Origin: Hyalangium minutum
GTDB taxonomy: Bacteria > Myxococcota > Myxococcia > Myxococcales > Myxococcaceae
NCBI RefSeq assembly: GCF_000737315.1
Contig: NZ_JMCB01000009.1
Location: 62,001 to 126,000 of the forward strand
Length of the DNA: 64,000 nucleotides
Reading direction: 5' to 3'
The position numbers and the translations under genes are program-made. The first letter of the stretch is position 1; each line of letters starts with the position of its first letter. The notes beneath the pieces are model-generated. The model ran no database searches. It saw only the letters and a list, made by a program, of their open reading frames with translations, and was not told where the DNA came from. Shown in pieces: positions 48,343-58,002 of this stretch.

Positions 48343-48879
48343 TTACACGTACTTGATGGAGACGATGGTGAGTTCGATCTCACCCCGGGGGCGCATGACC
48401 TCTACGGTGTCTCCTACCGCCTTGCGCAGCAGGGCCTTCCCAATGGGGGACTCCACGCTGATGCGCCCCCCCTGGGCGTCGATCTCGTCCGAGCCGACAA
48501 TCTGGTAGGTGGTCTTCGCACCATCCTCATCCTCGAGGGTGACGGTGGCGCCGAAGTAGACGCGGCCCTGGTCGGTCTGCTCAGAGGGGGTGACGATGGT
48601 GGCATTGTCCAGGCGTCGCTGGAGGAAGCGGATGCGGCGGTCGATCTCGCGCAGGCGCTTCTTGCCATAGATGTACTCGGCGTTCTCCGAGCGGTCGCCC
48701 TGGGCGGCGGCGGCGGAGACCTCGGCGGTGACCTTGGGGCGTTCCTCGTTAAGGAGGCGGAGCAGCTCGCGGTGCATGCGCTCCGCGCCATTCCGGGTGA
48801 GATAGCGGCGCTGGGGGCCACCCTGCTCCTCGGCTTCTTCGTCCTGTTCCTCGTGCTCTGGGGGTACGTCCTGACGCAT
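48343..48879 (-). CDS. greB: Transcription elongation factor GreB
   Basis: YLTRNG, GDRSENAEYIYGKKRLREIDRRIRFL, ISVESPIGKALL. Confidence 0.92.
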   Translation of the reverse strand: MRQDVPPEHEEQDEEAEEQGGPQRRYLTRNGAERMHRELLRLLNEERPKVTAEVSAAAAQGDRSENAEYIYGKKRLREIDRRIRFLQRRLDNATIVTPSEQTDQGRVYFGATVTLEDEDGAKTTYQIVGSDEIDAQGGRISVESPIGKALLRKAVGDTVEVMRPRGEIELTIVSIKYV

Positions 48880-49058
48880 GCCGCCTGTATAGCGTTCCCT
48901 TGGGAAAGAGGGGCAAGCAGGCGGGGGAGACGTTCACCGGCGAGCGTGAGAGCGCTGTCAGGACAGGGGGAGAGCGCGCGCCAGTGGAAGTCGACAGGGA
49001 CTGCTGGTAGAGAGCCCAGCGGTTGTTGAGCAGGGGCCGGTGCAAAAAAGAATAGTGC

Positions 49059-49131
<73 letters not shown>

Positions 49132-49136
49132 CAGAC

Positions 49137-49209
49137 GTCCCCGTCGTCTAGAGGCCCAGGACGCTGGCCTTTCAAGCCGGTAACACGGGTTCGAATCCCG
49201 TCGGGGACA
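49137..49209 (+). tRNA. tRNA-Glu (anticodon TTC)
   Basis: GTCCCCG/CGGGGAC acceptor stem, CTTTCAA loop, GTTCGAATC T-loop; CCA not encoded. Confidence 0.93.
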
Positions 49210-49215
49210 CATATC

Positions 49216-49264
49216 GGGGCCGGAAGCTGCTGAGAAATCAGCGGTTTCCGGCCCCGGTGCTTTT
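49216..49264 (+). terminator. Long hairpin after the tRNA pair
   Basis: GGGGCCGGAAGC..GCTGA / TCAGC..TTTCCGGCCCC followed by GCTTTT. Confidence 0.6.
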
Positions 49265-49533
49265 CTGGCCCTGGCTCGTCTCCAGAACGTCTCCAAGCCG
49301 GAGACGCATCCCGCCCCTCCTCCAGCATCTGGATGGCGCGGCGCTCCTTCTGCGGCTCCTGAGCCAAACCCGCTTGAGGGAGCATCCCCGAGAATGCGGG
49401 ACCGTAGACAACTCTGTGCGACGACAGGGCGCTCCTCGCTCACCAGATGCGTCCCTACTTTCGGGCCTCTCCTCTGATTGCTGGGCGGGGGCACCGAAGA
49501 GGAGTCACTCTGCTTCCCCCGCTGATCCGCTCC

Positions 49534-50289
49534 ATGCCCTCACCCTACTCCCGAGCCCCGTTGAGCGAAGTCAACGAAGTCCCCGTCAAGAATCAGGACA
49601 CGTCGCGTCGCTTCGAGCGATTCAGCCACCGCGCGCGGGGGAACCTCTGGCGGCAGTTCTTCGAGCTGTCCCCGCTGGCGCGACCAGCAGGTCAGATGAC
49701 GCGGCTGGCAAAGGCGCTGAAGGCAGATGCGCTGGAGCTCACGCGCTCGGAACATGGGGAGGTGCATGCACGAGCGGTGGCCTCCATGGTGGTCACCTCG
49801 GACGCATACCGCGTGCTGCTGCTGCAGCGGTTGCGCGAGGCGGCCCGTGGGCTGCGGATCCCTCTGAGCAACCACGCGCTCCGGGTGGCACAGACAGCGC
49901 TGCTCGGAGTGGAGATCGGCAAGAACGTGCGGTTGGGACGCGGCGTCTACTTTGTCCACAGCCTGGGCACCGTCATCGGCGGTGATGCGCAGGTGGGCCA
50001 GCGGGTACGGTTCTACGGCAACAACACCGTGGGCACCGCCAAGGACAATGGCTACCCCATCATCGAGGATGATGTGTGGGTGGGGGCGGGGGCACGCATT
50101 CTGGGCCCCATCACCGTGGGAGCCCGCTCGCGCATTGGTGCCAACGCCGTGGTGCTCCAGAATGTGCCTCCGGACAGCGTGGCAGTGGGCATCCCCGCGC
50201 GCATCATTCCCAGGAGGGATGCGGCGAACTCCGAGCCCATCGAGTCGCTGCGCCCAAGCGTCGCGGATGTCGTGAATCTCGGTATGTGA
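49534..50289 (+). CDS. Hexapeptide-repeat O-acetyltransferase (CysE/WcaB-like)
   Basis: LbH repeats GVEIG..., GYPIIEDDVWVGAGARILG, GANAVV, GIPARII; start uncertain (49447-49534 or later). Confidence 0.75.
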   Translation: MPSPYSRAPLSEVNEVPVKNQDTSRRFERFSHRARGNLWRQFFELSPLARPAGQMTRLAKALKADALELTRSEHGEVHARAVASMVVTSDAYRVLLLQRLREAARGLRIPLSNHALRVAQTALLGVEIGKNVRLGRGVYFVHSLGTVIGGDAQVGQRVRFYGNNTVGTAKDNGYPIIEDDVWVGAGARILGPITVGARSRIGANAVVLQNVPPDSVAVGIPARIIPRRDAANSEPIESLRPSVADVVNLGM

Positions 50290-50326
50290 AGGCCTGCGAC
50301 TCTTGAGTGGTGGATGGCCGGTGCTT

Positions 50327-51088
50327 TTACGGTGCGCTGGACAGCCGGAAGGACTCGTGGGTGTCGACGGCGCCCAGTCCCTGGAGGGTGGCTCCGCCAG
50401 GAATGAAGAGGACGTCCCCCACGGCCGCAGTTCCAATGCCGTGCCGAGGCGTCCGCATCGGGCTCGCCGTCGTCCACTGGTTCGTGGCCGGGTCGTAGGC
50501 CTCGTTCTCCGAGAAGACACCGGAGGGGGTGCTCGGGTTGCCCTCTCCGCCCAAGACGTAGATGCGCCCGCCAAGCACCCCGGCCGCGCAGCCGGCCCTC
50601 GGGGTCGGCATGGGCGCTCGAGAGGACCACTGGCGGGTGGAAGGGTCGAACGTGTCCACACGATTCGTGGGCGCTTCCCGGCGGCCTCCCAGCGCGTAGA
50701 AGCGGCCATCCACTGCGGCACCCACGAGGTGATCGAGCGGCTCGGGAAGCGGCGGGAGACGCTCCCAAGTGTCTATTAGGGTGGTGTCGTACGCGGAGAC
50801 CTCATCGACAGACCTGCTTCGAAACCCGCCCGCGACGAAGATGCGGCTGCCGATGACTGCCACCCCGGAGGCCCCCCGCTCGGTGTCCGCAGGCATCCCC
50901 TGCTTCGCCGTCCAGGTGTCCGTCCCGGGATCGTAGGCATAGGCGCTCCCCACTGCGGCGAAGCCGTCCCCGAGCGCCCCCACGACGTAGAGCCGGCCGC
51001 CCACGGCCGCAGCGTTGACGTGGTGGATCGGCTCGGGCAACGGCGCTCGCGACGCCCAGGAGTCCGTGAGCGGGTCGTAGACCTCCAC
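50327..51088 (-). pseudogene. Kelch-repeat beta-propeller, apparently 5'-truncated
   Basis: About five Kelch repeats (YxxGG...YDP...W); begins mid-repeat at VEVYDP with no signal peptide or good RBS. Confidence 0.55.
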
Positions 51089-51097
51089 AAGCCCTGG

Positions 51098-53149
51098 CTA
51101 GAACCCTCCCGTGGTGGAGACCGTGCCCGAGGCTGGTGTGCTCACCACGTTGTTGGCACCGGACTCCCATTCGATGCCCTGGGCCGGCTGAGCCTCCTCC
51201 CGCTTCACGCACTTCCACTCGAAGGACGTGCTCGCCGGCAGCTGGATGGTGCCGCTCCAGGTGGGGTAGCTGGACGGGCTCAGCTTCACACCGCTGGCAG
51301 GCGCCCAGCTTCCCAGCGCGCTGTGATTGCCGACCACGTAGACGCTCTGCCCCACATAGGTCGTCCCATTGGTGCAGGTGAACGTCACGGCGACGGTGCC
51401 GCCCCCGCCTCCGCCGCTCGAGTCCTTCTGGGCCGTATAGGCGAAGGTGCTGTCGTTGAACGTGATCGTGTACGTCCCCGCCGAGGTGATGGGGATATCA
51501 CCCCCCGCCTGCTCGGCGATGCCGTCCCGGTTGGTGTCGCCATAGTTCAGCGTCCAGTCGCCGTGGATGTCGAACTTGAAGCGCTCGTTCGTCGCACTGC
51601 CGAAAGTGGCCGAGACCCGCCAGGTGTTGTTGGCCACCAGGGACATGGCCGTCGTGCCCCAGCTGTTGGCGGTGCCGCGGAAGTACACCTGGTTGAAGTT
51701 CTTCGTGTAGCCGCCTCCACCGCCTCCGCCGCTGCCAACGGCGTTGATGTGGATGGCCGCCGAGCTCATGGCGGGCACGTTGAAGGCCGCGTTGCCGTTG
51801 GCGTCCACCACGACGGTCGGCCCCGAGCAGGTGCCGTTCGCGAAGTCCCCGTTGATGATGTCGCAATAGGTGCCGCCCGGCAGGGTGGTGGCAAAGGACC
51901 GGCTGAGCGCCCCACCCTCTCGGTTGATGACCACGAAGCCCTTCCCCGATCGCGCGAAGGCGATCTGGTTATTCCCGTTGTCCCACCAGTTGGAGACGCC
52001 CACGCCCTGCGCCGCCTTGCGGAAGGCCACCATGTTGGCGATCGGGCGCCACCGGTGCTCGCACTGCCAGGCACTGCCAAAGCAGTTCACCGTGCTCCCA
52101 GAATGCACACTCACCCCCGGAGGCCCCGCATCCGTGTTGGTGAAGGCGTAGCTCGACATGACCTGGGCGTAGCCATACGGCCAGCCCAACATGAACACGT
52201 TGGCCAGCGTGTACAGGTTCCCATCCTTGTACGTCAGGATGTTCGTCCCGCCCGCACCGTGGCCACGCTGGTTGTCGTGGTTGTCGGTGAACACCACCGC
52301 GTAGGCGTTGGGCATGAAGCCCCAGCCCTCGCCGAAGTTGCTCAGGTTCTTGAGCTGGCCGTTCTTGAACTGGTTGCCGATGTTGGCGCTGTACTTGAAC
52401 TCCGTCACGTCCCCGTTGCCGTAGTACTGATTGGCCGTGACGGCCTCACCGCCCAGATCGATCACCTCCTGGAAGATGTAGGGCGAGCCGCTCACCCGGC
52501 CCCGAATGCCCGCGATATCCCCGGGTGCCATGTGCTTGCTGGCATCGATCCGGAAGCCCTTCACACCGATGGCCACGAGATCGTTGATGTAGTTGGCGAT
52601 CGTCTGCTGCACGGAGCTGGAGCCCGTGTTCAGGTCCGGCAGCCCTACCAGGTCGCAGTTCTGCACGTTCGACGCGTTCTGGTAGTTGTTCACCGTGCAA
52701 GTGGGCTGGTGGTAGTCCTGCGGCCCGTACAGCCCCGGGTGGTTGCGCACCGTCCACGAGGTGCCGCCCGAGCCCACGCCCCCGTTGTTCAACGACGCCG
52801 TGTGGTTGATGACGAGGTCGGCGTAGACCTCCACTCCGGCCGCGTTACAGCGCTGCACCATGTCGATGAACTGGCTTCGAGTCCCTCCGCGGGACTCCAG
52901 CCGATAGCTCACCGGCTGGTAGCGGGCCCACCACTCGCTGAGGGGGATGTGCTCGTTGGGCGGTGAGATCTGCACGCCCTTGTAGCCCTTCGGCCCCAGG
53001 AACACCTCGCACTCCCGCGCGACGTCCGGCCACTTCCACTCGAACAGGTGAACGTAGGTATCGGCACGGGCTTGGCCCGGCACGCCCACCACGAGCGTCC
53101 CGAGCACCGACAACAGCACTCCACCGCGTCTCATCATGGCTGTGAGCAT
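51098..53149 (-). CDS. Secreted alpha-amylase: GH13 (animal/actinobacterial-like) + X25/CBM69-like module + CBM20
   Basis: VHLFEWKW, GFRIDASKH, FQEVID, DNHDNQRGHG; YFRGTANSW module; VYVVGNHSALGSW CBM20; signal peptide; ATG 53149 with RBS (TTG 53170 alternative). Confidence 0.9.
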   Translation of the reverse strand: MLTAMMRRGGVLLSVLGTLVVGVPGQARADTYVHLFEWKWPDVARECEVFLGPKGYKGVQISPPNEHIPLSEWWARYQPVSYRLESRGGTRSQFIDMVQRCNAAGVEVYADLVINHTASLNNGGVGSGGTSWTVRNHPGLYGPQDYHQPTCTVNNYQNASNVQNCDLVGLPDLNTGSSSVQQTIANYINDLVAIGVKGFRIDASKHMAPGDIAGIRGRVSGSPYIFQEVIDLGGEAVTANQYYGNGDVTEFKYSANIGNQFKNGQLKNLSNFGEGWGFMPNAYAVVFTDNHDNQRGHGAGGTNILTYKDGNLYTLANVFMLGWPYGYAQVMSSYAFTNTDAGPPGVSVHSGSTVNCFGSAWQCEHRWRPIANMVAFRKAAQGVGVSNWWDNGNNQIAFARSGKGFVVINREGGALSRSFATTLPGGTYCDIINGDFANGTCSGPTVVVDANGNAAFNVPAMSSAAIHINAVGSGGGGGGGYTKNFNQVYFRGTANSWGTTAMSLVANNTWRVSATFGSATNERFKFDIHGDWTLNYGDTNRDGIAEQAGGDIPITSAGTYTITFNDSTFAYTAQKDSSGGGGGGTVAVTFTCTNGTTYVGQSVYVVGNHSALGSWAPASGVKLSPSSYPTWSGTIQLPASTSFEWKCVKREEAQPAQGIEWESGANNVVSTPASGTVSTTGGF

Positions 53150-53166
53150 GAGCTCCCCTCTCTGTT

Positions 53167-56100
53167 TCAAGGCTTCAGGTACGGACCGTCACTGCCCACC
53201 TTGCCGGGCGCCGCGTTGCCCGGCAGATCGAGCACGTACACGCGCAGATTGCCCTTCCCCGTGACGCTGGCCGTCAGCGTCCCGTTCGCCACCGTCTTCA
53301 CGTCCCCGGTGATCGCATCCTTATAGGTGCCGTTCGGAATGCCGGAGAAGGTAGCGCCGCCGGAGACGGTGACCAACGCGAAGCTGTCCACCCCTCGGGA
53401 GGCATCTGTGAAGCGCCGCTTGAAGGCCATGCTCCCCGTGACGCCCTCGGTGGAGTACTGACCCTTCTGGAGCGCGGGGATGCGCCGGCGGATCTGGTTC
53501 AGCCGCTGCAGGTGCCGGGCCAGCGGCTTGCTCAGCGTCTCCGCCACCTTCCCCGAGGCGCTGGCCACCACGCCGTAGTCCGAGGCCGTCACGCTCCCCT
53601 CGAGGTTGTCCCCGTAGTACGCGCGGCCCGTGGTCCCCAGCGGGCACGTGGGCCCGCAGTCGATCTGCTTGCCCGCCTGGAACTCGATCTCCGAGCCGTA
53701 ATACAGCGTGGGAATGCCCCGGAACGTCCACATCAGGCTCATGTTCTCGGCCCACGCGTCCGTCCCCCCCGCATAGCGCGTCGAGGACTTGTTGGGGCCG
53801 TAGTCGTGCGAGTCCACGTACACCACGTTGTAGGTGGCGTCGTTGTAGCTGTCGTCCGAGTCCTTGCCGTTCCAGAAGGCGTTGCTCGCCTCGCCGAAGT
53901 TCATGTGCATGCGCATGTCGATCACGCTCATGCCGGAGAACTGGCTGTGATCCGGGGCGTGGTAGCTGTTGCCCTGGAGGAAGGCGTTGGTGGACACCGG
54001 CTGGTTGCCCGTGCCCTGCCCCTGCTCGTAGTTGTACTGCTCGAGCGCCGCCACCGCGTCGTCCGCGCTGTACTCCCGGCGCTCCTTCCACGTGAAGAAC
54101 TGCGCGGAGTGGTTCGGCGAGCCCCGGTTCCACTTGTCATTCACGAACGAGCCCACCTCGCCGAACATGAAGAAGTCCCGGCCCTTGGTGCCGAACTTCG
54201 TCTCGGCATGCTGCCGGGCCGCCGGCAGGAAGCGCCGGTTCCACGTCAGCCGCGGGATGTGGACCGCCGTGTCGATGCGGAAGCCATCCACTCCCATGTC
54301 GATGTAGCGGTTGTACACGCCCGTGAGGAAGCTCTGCACCGGCGCGCTCTCCGTGTTGAAGTCCGCCAGGTCCTCGTGGATCCAGCAACTCCGCGAGTCC
54401 TCCCCCTCCCAGTTGCCGATCCAGCACTGGTGGAAGTACTGCGCTGGGAACATGCCCGAGGTGGGGTTCGGCCACTGGCAGTTGTAGATGCGATAGCCCT
54501 CCTGGCTGTACGAGCCCGTCGCCACGCCCCAGCTGCGGCACGTGTTGCCGGCTGGCTCCCCCGTCGACCACAGATCCCCGTTGTAATAGGACTTGCCCGT
54601 GCCCGGCTCGATCGTCAGCCCGTCGTACTCGAAGCCGGCAACAGGCGCGTCGTAGTACCAGCTCCACTGGCTGTCGCGCACCCCGTAGACCTTGGCGGAC
54701 CACAGCCCCTTGGCGCCCCAGCGGCTGGAGTGGTTGTAGACCACGTCCTGGATGATCTTCAGACCCTTCGCGTGCGCCGCGTTGATCAGCTCCTGGTACG
54801 TGGCGCCCGACGACTCCAGGCGCGGGTCCACCTTGTTGAAGTCCCACGCGTGATAGCCGTGGTAGTCGTAGTCCGAGCGGTTCAGCACCACCGGGGTGAT
54901 CCAGATGGCCGAGAAACCCAGGCCCTTGATGTAGTCCAGCTTCTGGATCAGCCCTTTGAAGTCCCCGCGGAACATCGGATCGTTGTTGGCCGCGTTGCCA
55001 GACTTCACGTGCATGCTGCCGCCGCGGTTGTTGGACGGATCGCCGTCATAGAAGCGCGCCGTGAGCACGAAGTAGATGGAGTCCTCACGGATGTCTCCCC
55101 CCAGCGGCTCTCCCGCCGCGGGAGGTGGAGGCGCGCTGCCCGTCGTGGCCGAGACCGAGGCGCTGGCCGCCGACTTGTTGCCCGCTGCGTCCAGGGCCTT
55201 CACCGTGTAGCTGTAGGCCGTCTGCGGCTCCAGCCCCGTGTCGCTGTAGCTCGTCAGCGAGGTGGTCAGCGTCCGCAAGCCCTGCGTCCCGCCTGTCCGG
55301 GTGAGCTCATAGCCCGTCACCCCGCGATCATCTGTCGACGCGCTCCAGCTCAGATCCACCCGCGTCCCGGCCGCCGAGGCGGTGACTCCCGCCGGCACGG
55401 AAGGCGGCGTGGTGTCGGGCGGCAGCGCCACACACGGAGACGCGGCATTGGCGGTGACCACGCCATCCCTCACCGTGATGCGTCCCGTCCCCAGCGAGTA
55501 ATCCGCGCCTCCGTTGTTGTCCCAGGTTCCAGCGTTGTTGTTGAACGCCGCCTTCATCCCTGTGGCCGAGCCCAGGCTGATCGTCTTCTTCACCCAGTCC
55601 GTGCAAGCCGTCTCGTTCATCGCCACCCCCGGCGCCGCCGTCCACGAGCCGCCCGTGGGCGCGTAGTGGATGTTCACGGTGCTCCAGCCGCGGGTGCGCG
55701 TGTAGTAGTAAACCTCGGCCTGGCTGGCGGCCGGCGTCGTCACGGACAGCGCACTGCTGGCGGCGGACACGTTGCCCGCCGCATCCACGGCCTTCACCGT
55801 GTAGCTATAAGAGGTGCCAGCCGTCAGGCCGCTGTCGGTGTAGCTCGTGCCGGTGGGCGTCCCAACCGTGCTGCCGTTGCGCAGCACCTCGTAACGCGCC
55901 ACGCCTACGTTGTCCGTCGACGCCGTCCACGAGAGCGTGACCGAGCTCGCCGTCACCGCGCCCTGCGTCAGCCCCGTGGGCGCCGTGGGCGGCTGTGTAT
56001 CCGCCACGCAGGGCGTGCCCGCATTCGCCAGGAGCTGGCCGTTCTTGACCTGGTGTGTCCCTTGCGTGGGCAGGGCGTAATTGGCGCCCGACTGGTTGTT

Positions 56101-56376
56101 GTAGTTGTCCCAGCGGTTCTGCCCATCGGTGAAGACGGCCTGGAAGGTGCTGCCCGTCCCCGTCGTGACGACCTTGGCCACCCAGCCCGTACAGGCCGCG
56201 CTCAGCTGCGTCCCTGGCACCGCCGTCCAGTTCCCCCCCGCGTCATGGTGGAGGTAGACCGTGCTCCAGCCTTTGTAGGGCGTGTAGTAGTAGACCGTCG
56301 TGGTTCCGGCGACCGCAGGCAGGCTCGCTCCCAACAGCACCAGGCCCAGGAGGGCGTGGATTCCCCAGCGCGGCAT
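53167..56376 (-). CDS. Secreted multidomain GH13 glucanase: (CBM25-FN3)x2 + GH13 catalytic domain
   Basis: Signal peptide MPRWGIHALL; two WDN...NY CBM25-like modules; two FN3 (WTASTDNVGV, WSASTDDRGV); catalytic GFRIDT / FGEV / VDSHD. Confidence 0.88.
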   Translation of the reverse strand: MPRWGIHALLGLVLLGASLPAVAGTTTVYYYTPYKGWSTVYLHHDAGGNWTAVPGTQLSAACTGWVAKVVTTGTGSTFQAVFTDGQNRWDNYNNQSGANYALPTQGTHQVKNGQLLANAGTPCVADTQPPTAPTGLTQGAVTASSVTLSWTASTDNVGVARYEVLRNGSTVGTPTGTSYTDSGLTAGTSYSYTVKAVDAAGNVSAASSALSVTTPAASQAEVYYYTRTRGWSTVNIHYAPTGGSWTAAPGVAMNETACTDWVKKTISLGSATGMKAAFNNNAGTWDNNGGADYSLGTGRITVRDGVVTANAASPCVALPPDTTPPSVPAGVTASAAGTRVDLSWSASTDDRGVTGYELTRTGGTQGLRTLTTSLTSYSDTGLEPQTAYSYTVKALDAAGNKSAASASVSATTGSAPPPPAAGEPLGGDIREDSIYFVLTARFYDGDPSNNRGGSMHVKSGNAANNDPMFRGDFKGLIQKLDYIKGLGFSAIWITPVVLNRSDYDYHGYHAWDFNKVDPRLESSGATYQELINAAHAKGLKIIQDVVYNHSSRWGAKGLWSAKVYGVRDSQWSWYYDAPVAGFEYDGLTIEPGTGKSYYNGDLWSTGEPAGNTCRSWGVATGSYSQEGYRIYNCQWPNPTSGMFPAQYFHQCWIGNWEGEDSRSCWIHEDLADFNTESAPVQSFLTGVYNRYIDMGVDGFRIDTAVHIPRLTWNRRFLPAARQHAETKFGTKGRDFFMFGEVGSFVNDKWNRGSPNHSAQFFTWKERREYSADDAVAALEQYNYEQGQGTGNQPVSTNAFLQGNSYHAPDHSQFSGMSVIDMRMHMNFGEASNAFWNGKDSDDSYNDATYNVVYVDSHDYGPNKSSTRYAGGTDAWAENMSLMWTFRGIPTLYYGSEIEFQAGKQIDCGPTCPLGTTGRAYYGDNLEGSVTASDYGVVASASGKVAETLSKPLARHLQRLNQIRRRIPALQKGQYSTEGVTGSMAFKRRFTDASRGVDSFALVTVSGGATFSGIPNGTYKDAITGDVKTVANGTLTASVTGKGNLRVYVLDLPGNAAPGKVGSDGPYLKP

Positions 56377-56540
56377 TGCGGCTCCTTGGTATTTGCTGCT
56401 CACGTCCGCCATTCCACGGACAGTGAGTTCTGGTCCGCACGCAGCGTTATCAGGCAACTCTCGTTTTTCAAGAAAAATGTCTTTTACAGATTTTCAAGCG
56501 CGCCCCTGCTCGGGAAGAGCGTGAGGCTATATTCATCGCC

Positions 56541-57212
56541 ATGCCGGCTCGGAGTGCGATCGTTGTCGGAGGAACCGGAGAGATCGGCAAGGCCGTCCTC
56601 GCCCGGCTGCGCGCCGAGGGGCTTCGCGCCGTGTGCGCCTCGAATGACGTGAGGCAGGAGACACCCGATGCCCTGCGAGTCGACGTCACGGATGAGGCCT
56701 CCGTCTCCACGATGTTCGAGAAGGCGGAGCAGGCGCTGGGCCCCATCACGCTCCTCGTCAATTGCTCGGGCGTGGGCATCTTCGCGCCACTCTCGGAACT
56801 CTCGGCGGAAGACTGGCGCAGGACGATCGACGTCAACCTGACAGGAGCCTTCCTCTGCTCGCGCGAGGCGTTCAAGCGCATGAAGGCGCACGGAGGCGGG
56901 CGCATCATCCACATGGGCTCCGTGAGTGATCACCTCGCCCTCGTCCATAACGCCGCCTACGCCGCGTCCAAGCACGGGCTTCGAGGCCTCACGGGCGTCC
57001 TGAACGAGGAAGGCAAGACCTCCTCCATCCGCGCCACGCTCCTCTCGCTGGGCGCCGTGTACACCTCGTTCTGGCACTCACGCCCGGAGTTCAGCCCCTC
57101 GGACATGCTCTCCGTGGACGACGTGGCCCAGAGCATCTGGGAGATCGCCCAGAAGCCCTTGAACGTGCGCGTCGATGAGCTCCGCCTCCTACCCTCCAAG
57201 GGAGTCCTCTGA
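56541..57212 (+). CDS. Short-chain dehydrogenase/reductase
   Basis: GGTGEIG, NCSG, YAASK catalytic motif. Confidence 0.85.
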   Translation: MPARSAIVVGGTGEIGKAVLARLRAEGLRAVCASNDVRQETPDALRVDVTDEASVSTMFEKAEQALGPITLLVNCSGVGIFAPLSELSAEDWRRTIDVNLTGAFLCSREAFKRMKAHGGGRIIHMGSVSDHLALVHNAAYAASKHGLRGLTGVLNEEGKTSSIRATLLSLGAVYTSFWHSRPEFSPSDMLSVDDVAQSIWEIAQKPLNVRVDELRLLPSKGVL

Positions 57213-57988
57213 TGGGAATGCCAGCCAACGCCCACCTCGCGGTCGTCACGGGAGCCAGCCGGGGAATCGGTGAGGCAATCGCCACCGTGCTCGCGGAGAG
57301 CGGCCTCCGCGTAGCCCTGATCGCCCGGAACGTCGAGGCCCTCTCGCGGCTCGAGGCGAAGCTCTCCGCCACCGGGGCCCAGGTGAAGGCCTTTTCGTGC
57401 GACGTCGCGGACGAGGCCGCGGTCAACGCGACGCTGGAGAAGATCGAAGCGAGCCTGGGCACTCCGGGTGTCATCGTGAACAACGCGGGCGTGGGCGGCC
57501 CCTTCCATCGCGCCGATGAGGTCGATCAGGCGGAGTGGGACGCCCTGTTCGGCGTGAACGTGGACGGCGTCCGGCACTTCTGCCGGTGGGCGCTCCCTCG
57601 CATGAAGGCGAACCGCTTCGGGAGGATCGTCAACATCTCCTCCATCCAGGGCCTCTTTGGCGGGGCACTTTCCTCCACCTATGTGGCCACCAAGCACGCC
57701 ATCGTCGGCTACTCGAAAGCGATCGCCGCCGAGTGGGGCGCCTATGGCATCACCTGCAATGCCCTCTGCCCCGGCTACATCGACACGGAGATGCTGGCGA
57801 ACGCGGACCCTGGCGTAAGGAAGGAGCTGCGGCGCCGGATCCCTGTGGGCCGGTTCGGCAGCGCCGAAGAGGTGGCCCAGATGGTGGCCTTCATCACCGG
57901 GCCCTTCGGGGGCTACATCAACGGCAGCGCACTGGTGATGGACGGCGGCTTGTCCGCGCACCTGGCCAATGACGTGCCGTCGTTCTAA
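57212..57988 (+). CDS. Short-chain dehydrogenase/reductase (FabG-like)
   Basis: TGASRGIG, NNAG, YVATK, CPGYIDT; 1-nt overlap with the upstream SDR. Confidence 0.9.
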   Translation: MGMPANAHLAVVTGASRGIGEAIATVLAESGLRVALIARNVEALSRLEAKLSATGAQVKAFSCDVADEAAVNATLEKIEASLGTPGVIVNNAGVGGPFHRADEVDQAEWDALFGVNVDGVRHFCRWALPRMKANRFGRIVNISSIQGLFGGALSSTYVATKHAIVGYSKAIAAEWGAYGITCNALCPGYIDTEMLANADPGVRKELRRRIPVGRFGSAEEVAQMVAFITGPFGGYINGSALVMDGGLSAHLANDVPSF

Positions 57989-58002
57989 CGCCTCGGCCCG
58001 CT

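Noticed and set aside
53512-56652. 1046-aa plus-strand ORF and many other long antisense ORFs (e.g. 4395-6689, 26110-28290, 37749-39893, 41069-43198)
   Set aside because: Shadow frames of strongly GC3-biased genes; no motifs, and rich in Arg/Ala/Val/His as expected for antisense reading
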